A stretch of DNA of 64,000 nt from Candidatus Latescibacterota bacterium (GTDB taxonomy: Bacteria; Latescibacterota; UBA2968; UBA8231). A program made the translations under genes and the position numbers. Location of the stretch: the NCBI GenBank assembly GCA_965223905.1, contig CBDCXV010000001.1:96001-160000 (forward strand). The letters run 5' to 3'. The notes below the pieces were generated by a model that saw only the letters and a program-made list of their open reading frames with translations, searched no databases and had not been told where the DNA came from. Each line of letters starts with the position of its first letter. The first letter of the stretch is position 1. Below, piece after piece: positions 1 through 8,748 of this stretch.

Positions 1-23
1 GGATCAAGGCGACTTTCGAATAG
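1..23 (+). CDS. 3' end of a gene ending ...(R)IKATFE*; probable paralog of the 2143-3072 W-x-R-I-K tail protein
   Basis: gg ATC AAG GCG ACT TTC GAA TAG resembles the SWARIKASLAE* and TWGRLKSRFH* C-termini elsewhere in the window; only 7 codons are visible. Confidence 0.5.
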
Positions 24-160
24 TTTCCCCCAAGCCCGAAGGGTACAGGGAACACCAATCGCGGGGTCGAGGCCTCTCCGCTGCGAGCGGGTGTGGACTA
101 TCATCCTATGGACCTGTCCCAGTTCGACAGGTTCTCCCCCACACCTTCTCTCCGGGTGTC

Positions 161-1606
161 TTAGCTGATTGTTACGGTTTCGGTGGTTGTTTTTAGGTTT
201 TCTCGGTACTGCTGAAAGACCCGGTCAAGCGTTCCATTGTACAAGGCGCAGCGCAGGGCCAGAATGGCGTTGCTGTTTTCCTTATACCACCAAGCGCCCG
301 ACCGTTTCAGACGAACGTGGCCGATGAAGCGATGCGCCGATTCGATCGCCCCCGACCCGATCGGGTATCCGCCCTTGCGATGGCTGCCGAAATCGACCTG
401 GTGCAGTCGCTTTTGCAGGTAGGTCAAGGCCGTGCCGATGGCCTCTCCGGCCTCTTCCGAGAGCGGCTGCATGCGCTGCAGACCCCAGACCACGCCGCTG
501 CCCTCGCCGCAGAACAGGCGCGCCAGGGTCGCTTCCAGCCAATGGGCAGCACGCGCCGCATCGGCGCCGTATTGGGCCTCGGCCACCGCGTGCAGGTAGC
601 TGCTGCAATGGTAGTAGTCGAGGATCTGACGGGCGCTCGGGAACAGCTCTTCCACCCACTTCCAGATCCACGGAGCGCCATCTCCGATGGCACACAAGCG
701 CACCTGATCCTCCGGGATCAGCCCCGCCTCCTTGACCTGGCGCAAGGCCGCGCCGAAGGCCTGTTCGTTGCCCATCTGGTGCCAGGAGATCAGCTGCTCG
801 ATGCGCTCATCGTCTATCAGGTAGAAGCGAAAGCCCTTGGCTTCGTGGTATTCCCCCTGCCAACGCCTTCGCCGAGCCCGGCTCTTCTTGCGTCCGGGAC
901 GGGTGCCTTTGGCGGTCTGGGGACGACTGGGCACGTCGGCCGCGTCGATGGCCAACACCACGATCGGCCGCCACTTGCGACCGGCGGCGGCTTGCGCAAT
1001 GCGATCCTGGATATCGGCCGCGTCCGGACACACCTGCAGCACGTCCAACGACCCGGTCTGTTGCAGCACCTCGTGAATCACACAATCGCTCATCGACGCG
1101 TCGGTGAGCTCGTCCAACAGTTCGGCGGCGCGCCGGTGGGGCATCTCCAGCCCCAGCTTGACCCCGGCCTGCTGCACGTCCCACTGCTTGCGCTGCGCCG
1201 ACAGGCCCAGGGCCTCGTCCAGCGGATAGAACCCGTGGTGACAGCCAACGCAGTAGAAATAGGGACGCTCCAAGGTCACCGGCCCGAGCAGCGTCTCCAC
1301 CGTGCGCGAGCGAGACGGGCGCGCTCGCAGCAGGCCTTTGCACTTGGGGCAGGCCGCCTCTTCCTGGGCCAGGAAATGGCCGTGGCGGCGTTCGACGAAG
1401 GCTTCCACCAAGGCCGCGGTGAGCCCGGAGCGCTCTTGAGACATCGCCGCGGTGATCTCCATCAACGTCGGCGCACAAGATCCGCGCTCGCTCATTTGCG
1501 TCTCCACCCGATCCAGCCATTGGTCCAAGGCTTCATGCGCCCGGCTTCGAAAGCGGTCCTGACTCTGCCGCTCCTGAAAAACTTCCAGAGAGAGAATCGC
1601 ACTCAT
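161..1606 (-). CDS. ISKra4-family DDE transposase
   Basis: Motifs CPKC...CVGC, AIDAA, IGDGAPWIW, LDYYH, GSGAIESAHR, RLKRSGAWW; SD AAGGGGAG upstream; stop codon lies inside the TIR. Confidence 0.92.
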   Translation of the reverse strand: MSAILSLEVFQERQSQDRFRSRAHEALDQWLDRVETQMSERGSCAPTLMEITAAMSQERSGLTAALVEAFVERRHGHFLAQEEAACPKCKGLLRARPSRSRTVETLLGPVTLERPYFYCVGCHHGFYPLDEALGLSAQRKQWDVQQAGVKLGLEMPHRRAAELLDELTDASMSDCVIHEVLQQTGSLDVLQVCPDAADIQDRIAQAAAGRKWRPIVVLAIDAADVPSRPQTAKGTRPGRKKSRARRRRWQGEYHEAKGFRFYLIDDERIEQLISWHQMGNEQAFGAALRQVKEAGLIPEDQVRLCAIGDGAPWIWKWVEELFPSARQILDYYHCSSYLHAVAEAQYGADAARAAHWLEATLARLFCGEGSGVVWGLQRMQPLSEEAGEAIGTALTYLQKRLHQVDFGSHRKGGYPIGSGAIESAHRFIGHVRLKRSGAWWYKENSNAILALRCALYNGTLDRVFQQYRENLKTTTETVTIS

Positions 1607-1637
1607 CGCTCCCCTTCTTTCTGAAATCAGGGGAGCG
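1607..1637 (-). promoter_or_regulatory. Hairpin sequestering the transposase ribosome-binding site
   Basis: Minus strand CGCTCCCCT-N13-AGGGGAGCG-ATG: a perfect 9-bp stem whose 3' arm is the SD, immediately before the start codon. Confidence 0.6.
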
Positions 1638-1878
1638 CGCCGCAGGGGATGCGGAAAAAGAAAGCAACTTACTGTAAAATATACACATACGCACCTGAAT
1701 TGCGCTATAACAATTACTTAAGACGCCCTTCTCTCCATGAGGTGGACCCCATTCTTTGGACAGCCCGACAGCAGAATTAATAAAGTTGATGCCTCCCGGG
1801 AGCTACCTTCAATAGGTGTGGAAAAAGAGAAAAGGCGACCCTATAGCCGATGCAGGAACTTGAAAAGGAGGTGCAGCC

Positions 1879-2105
1879 GTGAGGGCGAAGTGGATCGGTG
1901 TCTTAACGCTGGCATCGGGCTAGTCTTCTCCAGTCAGGTCCACGGACATTTCGGTGCCAGGATCCTCCCCATATTCGAGATCACCGATGACATGCTCGCA
2001 CAGATCGAGCTGGACGGTCGGTCAGCTCATGTCCGCCATGCTCAGCGAGCCCAACCAGCAGGTCGAGATCAGGACCGAGGCGGTCCTGGATCCACAGCGC
2101 CCTGA
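1879..2105 (+). pseudogene. Truncated and frameshifted N-terminal fragment paralogous to the 2143-3072 protein
   Basis: SD AAGGAGG and GTG, then MRAKWIGVLTL/(fs)GIGLVFSSQVHGHFGARILPIFEITDDMLAQIELDG, which aligns by eye with ...NAQPPDRIYPIMQLTDRDVAEIDVTDG; similarity ends near 2020. Confidence 0.6.
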
Positions 2106-2142
2106 GCTCTCTTCTCCGCCACAATTCAGGAGGGATTACAGG

Positions 2143-3072
2143 ATGCAACAACCCATTTGGCTCAAGCTCGCCCTCTCATTGGCAGGCTTCCTCTCTGTCG
2201 CAAACGCCCAACCCCCGGACCGCATCTATCCAATAATGCAGTTGACCGACCGCGACGTCGCCGAGATCGACGTGACGGACGGTTCAGTCGATGACTGGGA
2301 GTATATCGTCGGGGAGCCCACGCTCACCCCGCTGGACTTCGCGCAAACTTTTAATAGCTACGATCCTTCTGATATGGATTTTCGCATCTGGCTTGGTTGG
2401 CACGATGCCACTGACCGAATTTTCTTCGCCATGGAGAGGGTCGACGACGTATACGTCAACGAATTCGACCGCGAGGATGAGAATCTGGGCATTCTGATTC
2501 ATCACGACTCCTCGGTGTCGTTTGCCGTTGACGGAGACCACTCGGGCGGGGCGGTGTTCCCCCAGGAACGTTCAGAGAATATCTTGCAGGACGCTTGGCA
2601 GGCGCAGGTTTTCCATGCGCTCGGGGAGGTTTTCGACGGGGGCTCCCAGCTTGGCATCTTCCCCCTTTTGCATCAGGTGAGTGACGACTGGTTCAGTCAG
2701 CCTCCGTTTGCACACGGAGGCGGCGCAGTGGTTGGCGGATCCCCCATCTTCTCGGTGACGGAATTCTACGTGACGCCGTTTGACCGCTTGGTACCGACGG
2801 GGGATCCGGAAGACAGTGACGTGTCCGATCTGTTCGGCGGAAAGATCATCGGTTTCAACATTGAGGTATTCGACGTTGATGATCAGCCTGGGGTGGAGAC
2901 CATCCACAAACTAGCAGTCCCCCCATCCTACGAATCTTATAGTCATCTGTTGTTGATGTCAGCCGACTACTTCGCCGACGGGGTTCTGGTCACGCCGGAT
3001 GGCTTGTCATCTGAAGATTCGGCGGTCGAAAGCGATTCCTGGGCCCGAATCAAGGCCAGCTTGGCGGAATAG
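2143..3072 (+). CDS. Secreted acidic protein, CBM9/DOMON-like sugar-binding fold, with C-terminal SAVESDSWARIK tail
   Basis: SD AGGAGG and ATG at 2143; signal peptide (WLKLALSLAGFLSVANA); DGSVDDW, VDGDHSGG and IIGFNIEVFDVDD motifs shared with 47196-48095. Confidence 0.7.
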   Translation: MQQPIWLKLALSLAGFLSVANAQPPDRIYPIMQLTDRDVAEIDVTDGSVDDWEYIVGEPTLTPLDFAQTFNSYDPSDMDFRIWLGWHDATDRIFFAMERVDDVYVNEFDREDENLGILIHHDSSVSFAVDGDHSGGAVFPQERSENILQDAWQAQVFHALGEVFDGGSQLGIFPLLHQVSDDWFSQPPFAHGGGAVVGGSPIFSVTEFYVTPFDRLVPTGDPEDSDVSDLFGGKIIGFNIEVFDVDDQPGVETIHKLAVPPSYESYSHLLLMSADYFADGVLVTPDGLSSEDSAVESDSWARIKASLAE

Positions 3073-3129
3073 CCGAGCTAACGTCCGGGTACTACCCCCG
3101 GGTGCCGGCCTCCGGTGGTTCCGCCAGCC

Positions 3130-4527
3130 TTAGTCCGCTTCCTTCACCGCGTTGACCAGATCGACCACCGCCTCCCTGGCGCTGCCGAAGTACATCAGCG
3201 TGTTGTCGGCCGCGAACAGCGGGTTGGCGATGCCGGCGAACCCCGGGCTCAGGGAGCGCTTGATCACCACCACGGTGCGCGCCTTGTCGACATCGAGAAT
3301 CGGCATGCCGGCGATCGGTCCGGAGTCCGCGACCCGGGCCACCGGATTGACGACGTCGTTGGCCCCTATCACGAGCACGACGTCGGTCTGCTCGAAGCCC
3401 GGGTTGACGAGGTCCATCTCCTTGAGCTGCTCGTAGGGAACCTCGGCCTCGGCCAGGAGCACGTTCATGTGCCCCGGCATGCGCCCGGCTACGGGGTGGA
3501 TGGCGTACTCGACCTCGATGCCGCGCGCCTCCAGCAGGCCGGCGAGATCGCGCACCGCGTACTGGGCCTGGGCGACCGCCATGCCGTAGCCCGGCACGAC
3601 GACGACCCGCCGCGCCGTGTCGAACAGCATGGCCACCTCCGCGGCCGACGTCGACTTCACCTTGCCTTCGTAGACCTCGTCGTCCCCTCCAGCGGGTCCG
3701 GTCCCGGCGCCGACCCCCCCGAAGAAGACGTTGCCCAGCGAGCGGTTCATGGCGCGGCACATGATCTGCGTCAGGATCAGCCCGGAGGCGCCGACCAGGG
3801 ACCCGGCGATGATGAGGATGTTGTTCTGCAGCACGAAGCCGGTCGCCGCGGCGGCGAGGCCGGAGCAGGAGTTGAGAAAGGCGATGACCACCGGCATGTC
3901 GGCGCCCCCGATGGCGACGACGACCGCGGCCCCCAGCAGGCTGGCCGCGGCCGCCAGGACCCAGTATGCCTGCGGGGACGACGGCTCGGCGACGACCCAG
4001 GCCGCCGCCGCCAGGGACGCGGCCCCGAGGAGGGCGTTGAGAAGCTGCCGGCCGGGAAACAGCAGGGGGTTTCCCGCCATCAACTCCTGAAGCTTGGCGA
4101 AGGCGATGACGCTGCCCCAGAAAGTCACCGCCCCGATCAGCCCGGACGCCGCGGTGGCGACCGTGAACTGAGCCGCCGGAGCCGCTTGCGACAGGCTGCT
4201 CTCAGCGAGGGCGGCGCCGGCGACCAGCACCGAGGCAACCCCCCCGAAGCCGTTGAACAGCGCCACCAGCTGCGGCATCGCCGTCATCTCGATGCGGACG
4301 GCGAGCACCCCGCCGACCAGGGCGCCGGCGACCACCCCGGCGAGGATCAGCTCGAAGCTGAGGATCTGGCGGCTCAGCAGCGTCGCAACCACGGCAAGCA
4401 ACATGCCGCAGGCACCCAGCAGGTTGCCGCGCACCGCGGTGCGCGGATGGGTGAGCCCCTTGAGGCCGAGGATGAAGAGCACCGCGGCCGCGAGGTAGGC
4501 GGCGGCGATCAGGGTGTCGAACGGCAT
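3130..4527 (-). CDS. pntB: NAD(P) transhydrogenase subunit beta
   Basis: MTAMPQLVALFNGFGG, IGGADMPVVI, PGYGMAVAQAQ, HPVAGRMPGHMNVLLAEA, GANDVVNP. Confidence 0.98.
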   Translation of the reverse strand: MPFDTLIAAAYLAAAVLFILGLKGLTHPRTAVRGNLLGACGMLLAVVATLLSRQILSFELILAGVVAGALVGGVLAVRIEMTAMPQLVALFNGFGGVASVLVAGAALAESSLSQAAPAAQFTVATAASGLIGAVTFWGSVIAFAKLQELMAGNPLLFPGRQLLNALLGAASLAAAAWVVAEPSSPQAYWVLAAAASLLGAAVVVAIGGADMPVVIAFLNSCSGLAAAATGFVLQNNILIIAGSLVGASGLILTQIMCRAMNRSLGNVFFGGVGAGTGPAGGDDEVYEGKVKSTSAAEVAMLFDTARRVVVVPGYGMAVAQAQYAVRDLAGLLEARGIEVEYAIHPVAGRMPGHMNVLLAEAEVPYEQLKEMDLVNPGFEQTDVVLVIGANDVVNPVARVADSGPIAGMPILDVDKARTVVVIKRSLSPGFAGIANPLFAADNTLMYFGSAREAVVDLVNAVKEAD

Positions 4528-4531
4528 GCTG

Positions 4532-4813
4532 TCAGGAGCGGCGCTTGAACATACCGAGCATGCGGTGGGTGACCAAGAACCCGCCGACGACGTTGACCGT
4601 CGCCAGGACCACCGCGGCCAGCCCCAGCCAGGCGGCCAGCTCGGTCCGTTGCGACCCCGCCGAGAGCAGGGCCCCGATCAGGGTTATCCCCGAGATGGCG
4701 TTCGACCCCGACATCAGCGGCGTGTGCAGGGTCGGGGGGATCTTGGTGATGATCTCGAAGCCGACGAAGACCGCCAGGACGAACACGGTGACGGCCGCTA
4801 CCAGGGATTCCAT
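4532..4813 (-). CDS. pntA: NAD(P) transhydrogenase alpha subunit part 2 (membrane)
   Basis: PPTLHTPLMSGSNAISGI, NVVGGFLVTHRMLGMF. Confidence 0.96.
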   Translation of the reverse strand: MESLVAAVTVFVLAVFVGFEIITKIPPTLHTPLMSGSNAISGITLIGALLSAGSQRTELAAWLGLAAVVLATVNVVGGFLVTHRMLGMFKRRS

Positions 4814-4821
4814 TTCTTCCT

Positions 4822-6036
4822 TTATCCGTCGCCTTTCACGGCGGTTGCCGCCGCGGGCTCCGTTGCTCCGGGTTGCCCGGCGCGGGGGGTCGGACCCATC
4901 GCTTCGAGGACGCGGTCGCAGACGACCCGGCCGCCGCGGGTCACCAGGGTGGCGGCGGTGATCTCGTCGGCCGGGTCGAGGTGCAGCCGGCCCTCGTCGT
5001 CGAGCAGATGGGTGAGGAAAGCTGCGAGATTGTGGCTGTACATCTGGCTGGCGTGGTAGGGCACGGTTGCCGGCAGGTTGGCGGGCCCAAGGATGTGAAC
5101 GCCGCCGTGGCCGACGGTTTCACCCGCCCGGGTCAGCTCGCAGTTGCCCCCCCGTTCCGCGGCGAGGTCGACGATGACCGAGTGCGGCGCCATCGCCTCG
5201 ACCGCCTGCCGCGGTATCAGCACCGGCGCCTTTCGGCCCGGCACCGCGGCGGTGGTGATGACGACGTTGCAGCCGCGGACGATCTCGCCGAGGGCCTCCT
5301 GCTGGCGTCGGTAAAAATCGGCGTCCTGCACCCTGGCGTAGCCGCCGGCTTCCTCGGCGTCGCCGGCCTCGACGTCGAGCTCGACGAACTCCGCTCCCAG
5401 GCTCTCCACCTGCTCGCGCACCGCCGGGCGCACGTCGTACCCCATGACCACCGCACCGAGCCGCTTGGCCGTCGCCAGCGCCTGCAGCCCCGCCACTCCT
5501 GCCCCGATCACGAGCACCCGCGCCGGCGTCACCGTGCCGGCGGCCGTCATCATCAGGGGAAACATCCGCGGCAGCTCCGCGGCGGCCAGCAGGACCGCCT
5601 TGTACCCGGCGATGGTCGCCATCGACGACAGCGCGTCCATGCTCTGGGCCCGCGTCGTGCGCGGCATCAGCTCTACGGCGAACAGGAGGACGCCGGCCGC
5701 GGCCACCGCTTCGATCGCGCCGTGCGCCTCCAGCGGCTCGGCGAATCCCAGCACCGCCTGATCCCTGCGAAGCAGCTCCAGGTCGCCGCCTGAGGGATTG
5801 GCGCCGTGGGTCCGTACCTGGAGGATGGCCTCGGCGCCGGCGAAGACGTCGCTCCGCGAAGCGGCGATCTCCGCGCCCGCGGCGGCGAATTCCTCGTCGG
5901 TGAAGCCGGCGCCGGCGCCGGCGTTGGACTCGACGACCACCCGCACCCGTTCGCCGAGACGGGATACCGATTCGGGCGTCAGCGCGACGCGCCGCTCCCC
6001 CGGAAAGGTCTCCGCAGGAACGCCGGCGGTCAGCAA
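4822..6036 (-). CDS. pntA: NAD(P) transhydrogenase alpha subunit part 1 (domain I)
   Basis: ERRVALTP, RAQSMDALSSMATIAGYKAV, GAGVAGLQA, DLAAERGGNCE; start placed at TTG 6036 after a GGAAGAG SD. Confidence 0.96.
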   Translation of the reverse strand: MLTAGVPAETFPGERRVALTPESVSRLGERVRVVVESNAGAGAGFTDEEFAAAGAEIAASRSDVFAGAEAILQVRTHGANPSGGDLELLRRDQAVLGFAEPLEAHGAIEAVAAAGVLLFAVELMPRTTRAQSMDALSSMATIAGYKAVLLAAAELPRMFPLMMTAAGTVTPARVLVIGAGVAGLQALATAKRLGAVVMGYDVRPAVREQVESLGAEFVELDVEAGDAEEAGGYARVQDADFYRRQQEALGEIVRGCNVVITTAAVPGRKAPVLIPRQAVEAMAPHSVIVDLAAERGGNCELTRAGETVGHGGVHILGPANLPATVPYHASQMYSHNLAAFLTHLLDDEGRLHLDPADEITAATLVTRGGRVVCDRVLEAMGPTPRAGQPGATEPAAATAVKGDG

Positions 6037-6101
6037 GGCGGCTCTTCCAAAGATCTCGGGGGATGCACGGGGGAAACCGAAGACCTGCGGCGGAGGGCAG
6101 G

Positions 6102-6186
6102 GCGCCCGGACACGGAGCCTCGAGTGGTCCTCCAGGCTCCCGGGTGGCAAGGCCCCTGAGGAAGGCCTGCCGGGGGTGTCCGGCGC
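6102..6186 (-). ncRNA. Candidate structured cis-regulatory RNA (three-way junction) in the pnt leader
   Basis: Closing stem CCGGACAC/GTGTCCGG encloses hairpins (C)AGGCC..GGCCT(TG) and GGAGCCT..AGGCTCC; no known family recognised. Confidence 0.35.
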
Positions 6187-6300
6187 AAGAGCAGGATATG
6201 GTTGGGACAGGACACCAAATACAGCTGCCTCAGGCGGCCCCGACCGGCCTCCCGCGCCAACGGTGCGCGGAACCGGCTCCGCGGAATCCCCGGGGAAAAT

Positions 6301-6600
6301 TCAGCGGTGGGCGGCAAGTTTGTCGCGGTACTTCTTGAGCTGGGAGCTGACGTGATCGTAGGCGGCGCTGATCGACTTGAACAGGTTGTCGTCGTCCGAC
6401 TCGCCCCTGCCCACAAGCTTCTGCTGCGGAACCTTGACGATGATTTCAACCGCGGTGCCGTGCTTCGCGCGCCTTTCCAACACCACCTCGCAGTCGACGA
6501 TGCGGTCGAAGTAGTGATCGAGCTTGGCGCATACTTTTTCGATATGCTCTTTGGTGGAGTCCGATACAGTAGTGTGCTTAGCGGTGATTCTGACTGGCAT
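6301..6600 (-). CDS. hpf: Ribosome hibernation promoting factor (short HPF/RaiA)
   Basis: MPVRITAKH...KLDHYFDRI...NLFKSISAAYDHVSSQLKKYRDK; SD GAAAGGAG. Confidence 0.9.
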   Translation of the reverse strand: MPVRITAKHTTVSDSTKEHIEKVCAKLDHYFDRIVDCEVVLERRAKHGTAVEIIVKVPQQKLVGRGESDDDNLFKSISAAYDHVSSQLKKYRDKLAAHR

Positions 6601-6697
6601 CGCATCTCCTTTCAGGTGACCGGGCAGGGTCGGCAAGTCGAAAAATTCAAAGATACCGACACCGCCGTACGGGTCAACAACACCATCCCGAACCCGC

Positions 6698-8688
6698 GTG
6701 ATTAAACAGATTCCCGAGACCTATGTCGCCTTTCTGAAAGGAAGGGATCGCGAAACCCCGGATGATGGCGGACTGACGCCGATCTCGCTGCTCATCGGAA
6801 TCGGATTCGCCGTTTTCTCCGCGATTGCCGAGCCATACGCGGTTGTGATTCTCCGCACTTCGGAGATCACCTGGTCCTACTTTCCGATCTGCGTCGGGCC
6901 TTCCGTTCGTCCTCCTGGTGTTCTGCAACTCCTTCGCCAAGCGGATCGCCGGGCGAGGGCTCCGGCGCGGCGATCTGGTAACCATTGCCATCATGGGACT
7001 GGCGGCCAGCGGGCTGCCGGTGTTCCTGGTCAGCTTCGTTTTTGCCATCATAGCGACCCCGTACTACGGTGCTACCGGCGAAAACCGGTGGGCTGAGTTC
7101 GCGCAGCCCCACCTCCCGAAATGGGCGGTTCCCACCGACGAAAAAGCACTGCTGCCTTACTTCGAAGGGCTCCCGCCGGACGCCGAGGGTGGAATGCCAC
7201 TGTATGCATGGCTCGGTCCCCTGCTGTGGTGGTTCAGTCTGTTCGCCGCCCTCTTCTTCCTCTGCCTTTGCCTGGTGGTCGCTTTGCGCCGTCACTGGGT
7301 GGAGACGGAACGACTGCCCTTTCCAGTGGCCCAAATCCCGCTGCTGCTGACCGCGGAGAGCCGCGGCTCGGTACTGCCCCCGATCTTCCGCGCCAAGGCC
7401 TTCTGGGTCGGCTGCAGCATTCCGTTTCTGATCATCTGCTTCAACATCGCTTCCTACTTCGAGCCCGGCCTGCCGCGCATACCGGCCTTTTCCGGCGGCG
7501 ACCTCGCAATCATCCCGGGGCCCATCCGCCAGCCCAGGGGAATACTCTACTTCCCAATCATCGGCTTCGCCTACCTGGTTACCGCCCCGGTTACTCTCAG
7601 TATCTGGGTTTTCTACCTGCTGGTGGCGATGGAGGGATCCCTGCTCAAGGTGCTCCACGTAAGCACGGCTCCGGACCCGTTCGTGATCGCGGGCTTCGAA
7701 ATGACCCCTGTGGCAGGACTGGGGGGCTTTCGTGGCCATGGTCGTGCTGGCATTGTGGCTCGCGCGGCGACATTTGCCAAACGTTCTCCGCCAGGTACTG
7801 GACCGTTCCACAAGAAGCGACGCCGGCGAACTGTTGTCCTACCCCACCGCCGTCTTCGGGGGGATTGCGGCGTCGCTCTACCTCGTCGGGTGGTTCACCG
7901 CCTCCGGGATGGAACCCTGGGTCGCTGTTCTCTGTCTGTTGTTCGCGGTGGTGATTTTCCTGGGAATCACCCGCATCGTCACTCAGTCAGGCGTGCACTT
8001 CCTGACCACACCGGTGACCAGTCAGGGCCTGGTGTTGGCTCTTACCGGAACCGCAGTGCCGCCACCCACCCTTATGGGTCTGGCATTGACCAATGTCTGG
8101 TGCGGGGACGTGCAGTCGATCTTCATGGTGTCGGCGGCCCACGCGGCGCGCCTGAACACTTTGTGCCAGCGGCGCCGCGGCCTGGTTCTGGCAATGGGGA
8201 TTTCGGTGACCGTCAGTTTCTTCACCACCTCATTCTTCCTGCTTTCCCTGGCGTACGACCTCGGGGCTCTGAACCTGCGGTCGATCCTCAACCTCTCCTC
8301 CGGCCACGGCGCCACCGTGTTCAACGGCGGCGTCGCCCAGATGCAGCAGCCTGTCGGCACGGACTGGACACGCCTTCTGTTCTTCGTCCTGGGAGCGACC
8401 GTGTACGCGGTTGTCGCCTACCTTCACTACCGGGTGGCCTGGTGGCCGCTCCACCCGGTCGGGCTGACCATTGCAATTACCTGGATGGTGCGCCAGATCG
8501 TTCTTTCCGTTTTCATCGCCTGGTTTCTCAAGATGTTGATCCTGCGATATGGCTCGGTTCAACTCTTCGGACGCCTACGCCCATTTTTCATCGGTCTGCC
8601 TGTCGGTTTCTTTCTCGGCGTCGGCGTCGGTGGGATCGTCGACCTCATCTGGTTTTTCGGGGTCGGACACGCGATTCTGCACGGCTGA
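6698..8688 (+). CDS. DUF6785/DUF6784-like polytopic membrane protein (putative transporter); two apparent +1 frameshifts near 6898 and 7707
   Basis: Three consecutive frames join into a paralog of 54241-56244 (PYYGATGENRW, RRHWVETERLPFP, WWPLHPVG, RPFFIGL); start codon uncertain. Confidence 0.8.
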
Positions 8689-8723
8689 AAAAAAGGCCTC
8701 GCCCCCTTGCCGGGACGAGGCCT
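8688..8723 (-). terminator. Rho-independent terminator of gltA
   Basis: A7 followed by an AGGCCTCG...CGAGGCCT hairpin on + (U-tract on the minus strand), between convergent genes. Confidence 0.8.
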
Positions 8724-8748
8724 GGGAATCGGCTCGTGTCGGGTTCCC

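Larger units (their letters stand above)
154..1728 (-). mobile_element. Insertion sequence, ISKra4/UPF0236 (IS256-related) type, 1575 bp
   Basis: Imperfect 21-bp terminal inverted repeats at 154-174 (GGGTGTCTTAGCTGATTGTTA) and 1708-1728 (revcomp GGGCGTCTTAAGTAATTGTTA); 8-bp direct repeat TTCTCTCC at 146-153 and 1729-1736; encloses a single transposase. Confidence 0.92.

Noticed and set aside
3115-5793. Long antisense and alternate-frame ORFs (e.g. 317-1624, 3115-4548, 4873-5793, 8707-9942, 23005-24864, 32161-33828)
   Set aside because: Shadow ORFs of real genes caused by high GC3; no motifs and Arg/Pro/Gly-rich composition.
6037-6150. Extended N-termini in the ORF track (pntA from 6150; also 1954, 14760, 28949, 35839, 38236, 43917, 54250, 61544)
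   Set aside because: Downstream starts have better SD sequences, signal peptides or family N-termini.
6150-6165. CTGAGGA matching the hammerhead core CUGANGA
   Set aside because: No correctly placed stem II and GAAA; the motif sits in a hairpin loop.
6037-6300. raiA-motif RNA, considered because of adjacency to hpf/raiA
   Set aside because: The element lies downstream of hpf, is much shorter, and no raiA-motif consensus is recognisable.
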